NCBI RefSeq assembly: GCF_006345805.1
Contig: NW_021824099.1
Location: 1-20,001 of the forward strand
DNA length: 20,001 nt
Direction: 5' to 3'
Origin: Octopus sinensis
Taxonomy: Eukaryota
The notes under the pieces are model-generated. The model worked only from the letters and a program-made list of their open reading frames with translations, had not been told where the DNA came from and searched no databases. Numbering within the stretch: position 1 is the first letter of the stretch; the number at the start of each line of letters is the position of its first letter. A program made the position numbers and the translations under genes. Positions 9,426 through 20,001 of this stretch are shown in pieces.

Positions 9426-9589
9426 TCATAAAAATCCTCTTTAAATAACAAAAATAAGATTTTTTACTGTATATAAGTCCAAGTTCCGTCTTAAAAAACC
9501 TGGAAACGACCCCGTTTCATTTATTGCATTTTTGAATTTCGGACTGCTTCAGGTGGTCTTGGGAAGTGACTTTCACTATGATGATAATA

Positions 9590-9690
9590 CAGTGAATACT
9601 CTCAAATTCGCCATTTTTGGTTTTGTCATTTTTTGCAGCGAATTTGAGGAATGGCAAATTTCAGAATATAATCAATAAATTTTGAATGCG
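9590..9690 (-). mobile_element. pogo/Tigger-like DNA transposon 3' end (TIR and subterminal repeats)
   Basis: TA|CAGTGAATACTCTCAAATTCGCCATT at 9590 is the inverted match (24/26) of the end at 13925. It is followed by subterminal GCGAATTTGAGGAATGGCAAATTTCAGAAT, related to the repeats at 13770-13911. Confidence 0.75.
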
Positions 9691-9769
9691 AGTAGAACTG
9701 TTTAATAATTCGAAAATAACCAAAATTGACGTAATTGAAAAAATTAATTTTATTTTAACAAAGAATTAT

Positions 9770-10285
9770 GCTTTTTTATCAAAGTAATATTCCAGTCCCG
9801 TTTGTAGGTGATCCCTGCCTCCAACAACACCCGTACTCTCCTTACATGATCTTTTGATGACCCAAACGTAACCCGGAAACACCTTCTCTTCCTTCTGCAG
9901 AAGAACTCAATCGGAGTGCATTTCTTTATAACCGACCAAAATTCCTCTGCATGGGCCACCTTTTCCTTGAGTGGGTTTCCCAGTTCCTTGCAGAAACGTA
10001 GGAAACCCTGTCCATTCTTCTGCGTCGCCTCCTCGGAAGCAAGGCTGCCAACTGAGGTGTCAGTGTGGAGCATAATCTTCCTTCTGAGTGAGTTCAAACG
10101 TTCCGCTTTCGAACAAGCAATTGCAAACCTCCAGGCTGAGCAGGCATACTCAACCGTCGGAGCAATCACTTGTTGGTAGACCTTGCTAACACAATCTTTC
10201 AGGAGAAAGGGACTCTTCTTTAACAGAGCTTTCAAGACATCCCTCGTTATCTTTCGAAAGGATTGTAGGTTTTTAAACAAAATGT
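9770..10285 (-). mobile_element. LINE (Jockey/I/CR1-like) ORF2 C-terminal fragment
   Basis: GC-richer island. ORF 9750-10280 contains KVYQQVIAPTVEYACSAW...ERLNSLRRKIM, like the post-RT 'lYkxxIRPxlEYaxxvW...LExxQrr' region of APE-type LINEs. Confidence 0.65.
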
Positions 10286-10865
10286 AGTGTACTATTATTA
10301 CAAGCTGTACATTTTTTCTTAGATCAGAGTCCTTTCGAAAAATAACAAGTGATAGATAGGCGAAATCAACGCTTTTGTTGCAGATTATATCAAATTATGT
10401 GTTCAGGAAATATTAGAAATCAATTTGAAAATCTAGTTTAGACTCAATTGAAAATGCAAGTATTTTAATTTAAAATTTATATTTAGGACATTTTAATTGT
10501 CTTTGTTAACGTCCAAAAAAATCAAAATTTGATTTAAAGTTAAGGAACAGCGGTTAGGTGTCGGGCTAGAGTGAATGTAACCGGTTCCCCATACGTATTC
10601 ATCCGCCATGTCACATATTATGTTAATTAGAATTTTTCTCTAATAGGTCAGCTTAGCATCAATAATTTCGTTTTCAAAATTTATGGCATAATCGATCCAG
10701 AATAACACTACCTATTGTAACCTCAAAAAAACTTCAAGGCATTAAAAAACACGAAAAATACATACGATCTTGACGCTTTCAGGATTATAACACAACCGCG
10801 CATTCTAGAAAAATATGATCAAGACAAATTATGTTATGCAAACAAGAAAATCGATTAATAAAATG

Positions 10866-11828
<963 letters not shown>

Positions 11829-12069
11829 TCTATTTTACTGTTATTAAAAATATTCAAATTAAGTGCCGTGATTAAAAAGATTTGATTACCAGAAATGTAT
11901 AATATAAATAATAGTTCAATTTTTTTAATTTAATGGACTTCATTTAAAACAGAAAAAGAAAAAAGGTCAATTTAAAATGCTGAATTAATTAAGGTTAAAT
12001 ATAAAATTGAAAGGATTGAATAAACTAATTATTACGATGTTAATTTTTCATTATCCGCGAGAGATTAGT

Positions 12070-13290
12070 CTCCTCATTTTAGAGGAGGAAGTAGCAACAT
12101 CCCTCTAATATCCTCTGCCTCCAAATCAGTTACGACTCCTTTTCCCCTACTTTTCATATTGTCTTCATACGAACCACTTGCTTTAATTAAGAGATCAATA
12201 AATGAATTTATGCTGTACAGTGAAGACAGGAATGCGGGACACATCAATAGGATTTCGGATGCCAAGACCTCCAAAGGAGACAGGAAGGGAAGCTTGTTTC
12301 CAGCCATGATCGTCGAATTTGATGTTTATGATGCGTTCGGTTGTTTTCCGGAAAAGGACATTAATAGAATGAAGTTGATCATTTTCTAAGAAGCAGGGTG
12401 ACCCCCGTAGCACATGATTTAATTTTTGGATGCCAAGGGCATTTTTGAGCAGGAAAAAGGCTGTATGTGGGTCCAACAAATTAAGACGAACAAAAGTCTT
12501 TTCCAGTAGCATTTCCTTAGTTTCAAGAGCGTCCTTGATTCCACCATCTATCAATGGGCAGCCTAATATCTCCAGACTGATACTAGGCGTAATGGACGGT
12601 CCGGGAATTATCTCACTGAAAGAGGAAACAATAACCTCGAATTCATCACAACGGAACCCAAAATTAATGATTTCACTTTTTGAAGTGCTCAGTATACGAC
12701 CAACGCATTCAAGTCTCGGAATTAGGTCAACAAGCGTCTTGAAGACAGTTTCGGGATGACCTCCGAGGGTGCAGTCATCAAGGTACTAAACATTCAGCGG
12801 GGTTGAGCAGCTATTAGCAATGTGATTAATTCCAAGGCAAAAGAGAACAGGAACCAATAAGTCTCCTTGTTGAACCCCCGAGGACGAGGAAATATGGTAA
12901 GGGCCATAAACGAGGGTGGATGGTTTCGCGTATGAGCTGAAAACATAGTTGTATATTTCGGGACAAAATTCAAGACAGTTCTCCAATATAGAGTCGCGGC
13001 GAATGGTGTTAAATGCATTACGGATGTCCAATTTAACAATAATATAGGGGTATTGTTGTTTATGTGGTTGAATGCACGGATTCCGTGTATTGCAGCTTCA
13101 CAACCTTCTAGGGTACCAACTCCAAGTTGAATAGGGCACATTAGCGGGGTTAATGTGGAGATAACAGCCCTGCATGCCATCTTTGAAGCTAGCCGACGGA
13201 AGACAGATCCAACTGCAATGGGTCGAACACCCCCTCCTTTCTTTTATATTTTCAAGATGACAAGGTATACAATGAGAAATACAATTATCA
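12070..13290 (-). pseudogene. CRE-clade retrotransposon reverse transcriptase fragment (frameshifted, truncated at both ends)
   Basis: Joined frames give KKGGGVRPIAVGSVFRRLASK...PIQLGVG..GCEAAIH...DIRNAFNTI.R...GVQQGD...LFCL...LNV*YLDDCTLGG...LEILGCPL...FLLKN...QASLPVSFGGLGIR, the CRE/SLACS-type RT motifs. Confidence 0.9.
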
Positions 13291-13374
13291 ATCAAAATTG
13301 ACTTTTTTCCTTCGTCAAAAAGTTGTCAAAATTAATCCGCCATTTACTAAAAATTAATCCGCCATTTGGCCCGA

Positions 13375-13925
13375 CAGAGCATTGATAGTCGTAATTTTGG
13401 AAACATCTTGGCATCTTTGAGTTTTCAATTAAAACAGGTTTTAGTTTGTGATTATTTGCACACAACATTACAGATACCCGATCCTTAAAATCTTTATATC
13501 GTCCAAACTGAGTCTTGCAAATACTTTTAGGTAGAATTAGTTTGTAGAAAATCTCTGTTTCATCAAGGTTATAAATTTCATCGAGAGTATAGGACTTGGA
13601 TAAATTTTGAAAATCATTTAAAAATCCTTTGATGTTAACTTTTTATCAGTTTTTATCTGCCCATACAATTTTCTCAGACGGAATTCATGTCTTTTTTCAA
13701 ACTTGAACAAGAACTTTTTAAAAATGTATTACTTATCAATATTTTTTTATTTAAAAATTTAAACAAATTGTGGCGAATTTCAGAATTAGCGAATTTCCAT
13801 TGAAACTAGAATTTTTTTTAAAAAAAGGGCGAATTTAAGAATGGCGAATTTAAGAATGGCGAATTTAAGAATGGCGAATTTAAGAATGGCGAATTTAAGA
13901 ATGGCGAATTTGGGGGTATTCACTG
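13375..13925 (-). mobile_element. pogo/Tigger-like element 5' end with an internally deleted, degenerate DDE-1 transposase
   Basis: The minus-strand TIR CAGTGAATACCCCCAAATTCGCC starts at 13925 with TA at 13926-13927. The broken frame at ~13720-13385 reads FLFKFEKRH...LYGQ...IYNLDETEIFYK...KDRVSVMLCAN..KLKPVLIENSKMPRCF, matching the pogo motifs WLxRFKxRH, IYNxDETGLFY, RxTVxLCAN and IGKSKxPRCF. Confidence 0.86.
13828..13911. repeat. 15-bp subterminal tandem repeat GGCGAATTTAAGAAT (5 copies plus a partial)
   Basis: Exact copies at 13828, 13843, 13858, 13873 and 13888, and a partial at 13903 that runs into the TIR. Confidence 0.95.
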
Positions 13926-13989
13926 TATTTTTTTATTTTGTCATACACGAATAAGCTTGTTACATCGAATTCTCGTAATTCAACATTTT

Positions 13990-14765
13990 TTGTCGATAGG
14001 ATTTACAAGGGTGAGTACAAAGGCAATTTCAAATTCAGACAATGATAAATGAAAAATGTTTATCACAATCCACTACTTTCTGGGCGGAACTTTAACAACA
14101 AAAACACTTTCCGTTTTACATAACTGGAAGATTAGGTATATATTGTCCTATTCCTCAAAGTGGGTGTAAAACTATCTGACATTGACGTTACATTCTTGCC
14201 TTCACTACACAGACAAGTCAGCTTGGAATAAATGCGCACTTCCAGTCAAATACGTTCTGCCATACTTTACTCCCCTAATATACTTTGTGTCAGTTCTAAT
14301 AAAATGCATGCCAAATAATCTCTTCTTATCACAAATGATCAAAAAATCGAAATTTACAAAATTAGTCTAACTGAATAAATTATTGACTATTTATTTGTAT
14401 AGAAAACATTAGTTTACTGAAACTATATAAGGAAAAATCAAAGAAACGAAGGACCCCAAAATTGATACACTGTTAATAAAAGTGCAGCTTTGGAGCTCTT
14501 GTAAAAGACCCTTCGCTGTGTGGGAGAATGTTATTAAGAAGACTTGGGAAGTGTACTTGGACATAGACCCAAAGAGTGTCATGATGCAATAGGAATGTTT
14601 AGATCCGGGCAGATTGATTAACAAACCGGCATAGACGACTACCCACAATAGATTGTCGCTGGCCTTTATACACATCAGACAGTAATACACGTTTTTTAGT
14701 ACGACCCGTGGACTATCCGATTGATCCAATCAGCAATGAAATGTTGGTGAGATATTATGATTATT
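13990..14765 (+). pseudogene. Unidentified decayed intron-containing gene remnant
   Basis: Mini-intron-like segments GTGAGTACAAAGGCAATTTCAAATTCAG (28 nt) and GTATATATTGTCCTATTCCTCAAAG (25 nt) separate protein-like pieces such as SLLITNDQKIEIYKI and YTSDSNTRFLVRPVDYPIDPISNEMLVRYYDY*. All frames contain stops or shifts. I do not recognise the family. Confidence 0.3.
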
Positions 14766-16140
14766 AATTGTTTTTTTCCGTTATAAAGTCGAATTTTGAA
14801 ATAATTTTTAATCATTGACTAATAAACTGAAATTAAGAAGCCGTGAAGACAAGTAAAACGACCGAAAACAGTCCTTCTGGTAAAAACTTTGAAATGAGAG
14901 GAAGTAATATATATAATTTTGAGAAAAAGATTAGAAACAGATTAGAGGAATAAAATCGAAAATATCACAAAAATGACGAAATTTCAGATAATTAAATCAC
15001 TAAAAGAAAAACTTCACACGAAATATTCCTTCTGAATCCAATTTAATACACAAAATAAAGCAAAGCTAATTAATAGAGCAGTACAACAAACTAAATAAAC
15101 CGCATCTAATAATCTATTAGGTTTGTCATTAAAAATTTAGAAAATTAACAAAAATTAATGAAAAAAAGTTTATAATATTATTGAAATAATTATCTGTATC
15201 TTTTATTTAGATTTTTCTAATCGGTCCATAAAAAGTACATCTAATTAAATTTGTAAATTTTTAAGTTCATTTTAACTACTCCTATTATGACATAACTACT
15301 CATAACAGGCTCTTGTGGTCTGATTATTATTTCTGTCAATTGCTTATTAATCCAAATTTTCTTCAAAATACTGACATGAATAACTGTTAATGACATGTGA
15401 TGAATCGGTTTATCAGGTACGGAGAGAGAAACGTTATCTCCTCGTTTGAATAAACTGGAATAAAATGAAACAGTCGTTTTCTGAATGATTTATAAATTTC
15501 GTTAATAATACTTTGTCGTAAAGTCAATCGAAGTAACTATTAGCAATACATGGAACACATAATTAGTTACGCCTACGCAGCGTAGGGAAAAACGATCAGC
15601 TACATCAATTGGGGAAAATTTTCGAAAATTCAATCAAAAAACTGTCTAAGAAACAGGGTGACGACATAACGAATGACACAGCTGCTGCGCCCATACAAAA
15701 AATTCGCGTGAACAAGAGGAAGAACGTCAGCGGAAAATGAGGACCCTCCTTTAGACAGTGGTCTTGGTTGAATAATAATAAAAGATACAGGCTCGTAAAA
15801 TTGTGGAATGAATTTCTATTTTAAAAAATGAAAAAACAATTTTCAAAGAATGGGCTAAAATTGAGTTTTTTTTCTGTGAAGATGAACTTGGATTAAAAAG
15901 GTTAAGTGCATTGAGTGCAACTTAATAAATAAAAGTTAGACTGAACATAATTATAACCACTTTAGGAAAGACCGCTTTTTTTCAAAATTAAAAATCTCTA
16001 ATATAATTTGAATACATAAGAAAAATCAATTTAAAGCTAATAAGTATATTATTGATTATCGAAAAGGAGGACGAAACAGTTACAGATTGTATTCATATTT
16101 CTCGATTAGTTAAAATTGATTGATACTTTTTAATCTAGAA

Positions 16141-17525
16141 CAGGGGTTCTCAACCTTTTTAGCTCAAGGGCCAAATCGATAATTAAGATTAGCTTCGCGG
16201 GCCGCACAAAAAATATTTTATATATTTTTATATTTTCCAAGCCGGTAACTCGCTTGCAATCCGAAGTGCAGCCACTGCTGATGGTAATGAGTTTTTGGAC
16301 TCTGTTTCTTTTTTTTAATTTCCATTTCCTTATAAAGAATTACAAGCTAAAAAATCTAAAAAAAGGCGTTGTAACTAAAAAGAAAGTATTATTTGTTTAT
16401 TAAGTTTTTGAAATCCGGAATAAGTAAAGTCGAAGAAGTTCGTAAAAGCTGACTCGAGTGATTATCCGTGAGATTGTTACGATATTTATTTTTTATGCGA
16501 ATCATTTTCCTAAATATTGATTCGCATAAAAAGTAGATCCAAACATTGATATATTCATATATGCATTGTGTGTTATATTTTTGAATTTGTCTTGAGGAAT
16601 TAATTCGTAAAAATTAATAATGGACGCTTTTTTGAACAATGCCGCCAGTTCTATATCATGTTGTAAATTAATGAGTTCTAGTTGAAACTTTGCAGGCGCA
16701 TCCTTAATTTCCACGCTGAATGGAGTTGCGAATATTTTCATTAAAGGAAGGAATTTTTTAAAATTCTAAAAATTAAATTTATATAAATGTACCCCAAAAC
16801 GTGCTTCAAATTGATTAATTAAATCACCAATTATGGATATGTATTTTTCATAAGCAGCGCCTCGTTGTTTTCAGATAGTGAATAAATAAAAATGAGATGT
16901 ATTCCCTCTTTAAGGGAAGTCATCCATAAATATAATTTTTCGATAAACAAAGAAATATATCCATATACCTGATAACAGAGTTTGCCTTTTCCTTGTAATT
17001 CAACATTGAGATCCGACAAATGCGTGGTTAAATCAACATAAAAAGCCAAATCGGCAATCCATCTTTCATCGTAAGTTCATCGAAAATTACTCTGTCTTTG
17101 GTAAACTCCTTAATTTCTGGAAGCAATTTATAGAACCTTTAATAAAATATTAAGGCATTCGAACGACTTAACCACCTCACTTCAGTATGAAAAATAACAT
17201 CTCCATACTCAGCATCAACTTCTTCCAAAAAAGATTTAAAATATCGGTGATTGAGCGCTTTTGAGCGTATCCAATAAACGATATTAACGACTTTTTTGGA
17301 AACATGTTCCATTTAATGGACTTGGCGATAAGATTTTCTGGTGAATTATGCAGTGATGCCATATTAATTGATCGAAACTATTTTCGGTTATATCTTTGGA
17401 ACAATCAATAAATAATTAAATTTTAACATTATTAAAAAATTAAAAAAGTTAGTTACTCTAGAGGGGCCGCAAAAAAAATCCTGCGGGCCGCATGCGGCCC
17501 CGGGGGCCGCATTTGAGAACCGCTG
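16141..17525 (-). mobile_element. hAT (Buster/Charlie/SPIN-like) transposon, 1385-bp internal-deletion derivative with intact termini
   Basis: TIRs CAGGGGTTCTCAA (16141) and TTGAGAACCGCTG (ending 17525), with a perfect 8-bp TSD ATCTAGAA at 16133-16140 and 17526-17533 (central TA, as is typical of Buster-type elements). GGGCCGC subterminal repeats are present. The broken transposase reads HCIIHQ, HTEVRWLSR, LAFYVDLTTHLSDLNVELQGK, PFSVE...FQLELINLQ and SMFGSTF. Confidence 0.94.
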
Positions 17526-18339
17526 ATCTAGAATAAAAATAATTTTTTATTAAAATTAACGATAAATTTTATCCAAAAAATATTAGAATAACCTAAAATC
17601 GTGAAACAAGCTGGCTTTTTCAGTGGATATCGTTCGCGATATTGCGTGGAAATTGCCTGTCCATCCGCTCGGCGACTCATCTAATTTAGTTAACTTCTCT
17701 ATTTTCTTTTGACCTTAATAAATCACTAAAGTGAAAAAAAAACCTAAAATGAAACAACAATATTCAACGTATACGCTAATTTCATAAATTGCGTGTGGTT
17801 GGTTTTGTTAATATAAATTGGTTAAAAATGAATTTTACATTAAAAATCGTATTTTTAATGATAATTTCAATACACATTTTACGCGCAATAGGCTATAAGG
17901 TTGGCCCATTGATTTGAAAAAATAGAAATATATTAATTATCGGTCTATGATAATGTAAAATTTTCCCCAAAAAGCGGTTTATTTCATAAAATCATTGTAT
18001 TTTACAGGGATGGCAATAATATTTCTCCAAAAGCAAGGGTTCTCCCAAAAAGTAGGTTCCCCGCAACTCGATTTTTTCAATTCAAGGTCTCACTATATTT
18101 TAACCAATATTTAGACAGGTGTTATTCAGATTTTTCCGTTTTTGTAAAAAATGCTACCTAAAAATTTAGTACTAACTATTGTAGAGTACAAAACATTGTT
18201 TCTTATTTAAAAAGCAATACGATTGATGTAAGTTTAATTGAAATGAAAAAGTCAAGATTTATAAATAAAAAAATTTTTTACTAAAGATTCTAGATTAAAA
18301 CCAAATAAGAAACAAACAATTGTAATTGCTAAAAAATAA

Positions 18340-19110
18340 TTTGTCAACATTCAGAGAGATCATCCCTAAAGCCACAGAAACCAAACCAGAACAACTAGAA
18401 ATACTTGGATGCCCTCTCACTGATGCAGGAATCAGTAACACTTTAATAACAAAAGAACATCAACTAAAAACAACTTTCAGACGTTTGGAGTTGCTAGACG
18501 CACATACCTCCCTATTCCTGCTAAAAAACGCCTTGTCAGCACAGAAACTAAATTACGTTCTTCGGGGTGACCCTGCTACCTGAAAACGCAACAGCTCGAC
18601 AATATCGATCGTCTCTTTCGGACCACAATTGAACGCATTACGAATGTGAAATTCGACGACCAAGGGTGGGACCAAGCGACCCTACCCGTTAACCTGGGCG
18701 GACTGGGAATCCCTTCTCCGAATGATCTGGCTCGCCCCGCATATCTATCCTCTTTGGACTCCAACCAACTGCTGATCAGGATGATTCTCCAACTCCAAAC
18801 TGAAAGACCATCTGCGAGGATAAATACGAGAGGCTTCTGAACCAGTCAAACCAACACAGACGTGCCTGTCTAGTGACTGGAAGATGCGAATCGAGTGGAG
18901 CTTGGATCAATGCACTCCCCGTTGATAGTGTCGGAACTCACTTTGACGACGATACTGTCCGAATTGACATCAGCACCAGACTTGGACTGGAGATTTGCCG
19001 GACTCACAAATGCCGGTGTGGGGCCACCGTCGATTGTTACGGACACCATGCTCTCTCTTGTCGAAGAAGTGCAGGACAATTTCCAAGACACAAGGCGATC
19101 ATTTCCTTTC
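18340..19110 (+). pseudogene. CRE-clade retrotransposon fragment (RT thumb region to CCHC zinc finger), with an internal deletion
   Basis: Reads LEILGCPL...LDAHTSLFLLKNALSAQKLNYVLR...QATLPVNLGGLGI...PAYLSS, then ESSGAWINALP...RLGLEIC...CRCGATVDCYGHHALSC..SAGQFPRH. It is cut at ~19110 by the oppositely oriented LINE. Confidence 0.9.
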
Positions 19111-19970
19111 CTTCCATAAAATTTTTGACAATCGACGAATAATCTTTCAACCTTTTGGAGTATATACCTCCAACGGTTATCCATCCAATAGAAGTTTTTA
19201 AATCAATGGATGCTAATTCACATACATTCTGTTCAATTATTCTTGGATTCCGAATGTCAATAGATTTTTTGTAAAATATTGATGTTCCTGTGCCGGCGTT
19301 AGCACCAGGATGCCAAGGAATATCAATCGAGCTGTATCCAGGAATAGTGATACTTCCAGACTTCTTCATTTTCGTCTCGTTAATGATAAATACATCCATC
19401 TGAACTGTGCTGATAAGAGCTATCAGCTCTGCTGCCCGCTTTCGAAGAGAGCGGGCATTAACCAGGGTAATCCTGGTCACGTTTGATTTATTTGGTGGCT
19501 GCTTCCCTCTTTTAGGAGAGCCACCAAACCGAGTAAAAACTTGGCATCTTTTTTAGTTCTGGTCATGTCCTTAATAGATCTTTCGAGCTCATTAATTAAG
19601 TCAGCTCGAGGTCGACCCGTCATTGACCCAGCTCCTGAAGTCGACAAAGTCTGCACCGCCGAGTGAGATATAGTCGTTTCCTCTGTCTGTGTTCCAACTT
19701 CAACTGTTTTCCTAACTCTTGGAACGTTCCATCCCGCCCATGGCTTCAAGGGTAAATTTTTTATGTCTGTTTGGTTGATTTTAGCATTCTCAGAAGCTTC
19801 TTTTAACAGTTTCTGAACCAGAATTTTATCATTTTTTAGCTTTGAAGCTTCTTTAGCTTTCTCACAGCCCCGATAATTTGCCAAGTGGCTCGAAGAACCG
19901 CAGTTGACACATTTTTTCATGTTAGAGTCCTTGCAATCTGTTCCAGCATGTGTACCCGAACAAAATTTCG
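19110..19970 (-). mobile_element. Jockey/I-like LINE fragment: ORF1 (gag, zinc knuckles) C-terminus and ORF2 APE endonuclease N-terminus
   Basis: ORF1 has FCSGTHAGTDC and CVNCGSSSHLANYRGC knuckles and stops at TGA 19479-19477. ORF2 starts at GTG 19480 and reads RITLVNARSL...DVFIINETKMK...IPGY...GTGTSIFYKK...ITVGGIYS (APE motifs), truncated before the GDFN motif. Confidence 0.86.
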
Positions 19971-20001
19971 ATCCAATTATTATTATTTAAGCAATAATCA
20001 T

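Noticed and set aside
10320-10860. Coding-like, intron-like sequence between the LINE fragment and the UPP 3' end.
   Set aside because: Stops in all frames on both strands and no motif recognised. Left unannotated, though it lies inside the pogo TIR interval and merits a homology search.
13328-13367. Duplicated AAAATTAATCCGCCATTT at the junction between the pogo remnant and the CRE fragment.
   Set aside because: Only two short copies. It may be a junction duplication or the subterminal repeat of another element, and I cannot assign it.
15560-15800. Minus-strand pieces (GGSSFSADVLPLV...GAAAVSFV...SF) vaguely like a small GTPase.
   Set aside because: No P-loop or NKxD motif, several frameshifts are needed, and intron-like signals favour the plus strand.
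18005-18070. CAGGGATGGCAATAA, resembling a hAT left terminus.
   Set aside because: No matching inverted end, TSD or transposase in the window.

Overview
AT-rich eukaryotic genomic DNA in the standard genetic code (all six host genes end in TAA), with ultra-short spliceosomal introns: 26 of the 30 introns I reconstructed by hand are 22-32 nt. The proteins look metazoan, so a compact-genome parasitic lineage such as a myxozoan or dicyemid is plausible; this is inference only. 0.75-2.9 kb is a non-autonomous Helitron-like element carrying a nested CRE retrotransposon 3' end, a 120-bp duplication and a ~94-bp satellite. 3.3-8.7 kb is a dense block of five host genes: archease, LRRC27-like, SRA1, a minimal TSEN54 and WASH1. 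9-20 kb is mostly transposon debris (hAT, pogo/Tigger, CRE and Jockey/I-like LINE fragments, decayed gene remnants) around one intact uridine phosphorylase gene. The top leads are that this gene lies between two matching, correctly oriented pogo TIRs with TA flanks, and that about 10% of the mini-introns need GC donors. Exon coordinates were derived manually and could be off by a few bases.
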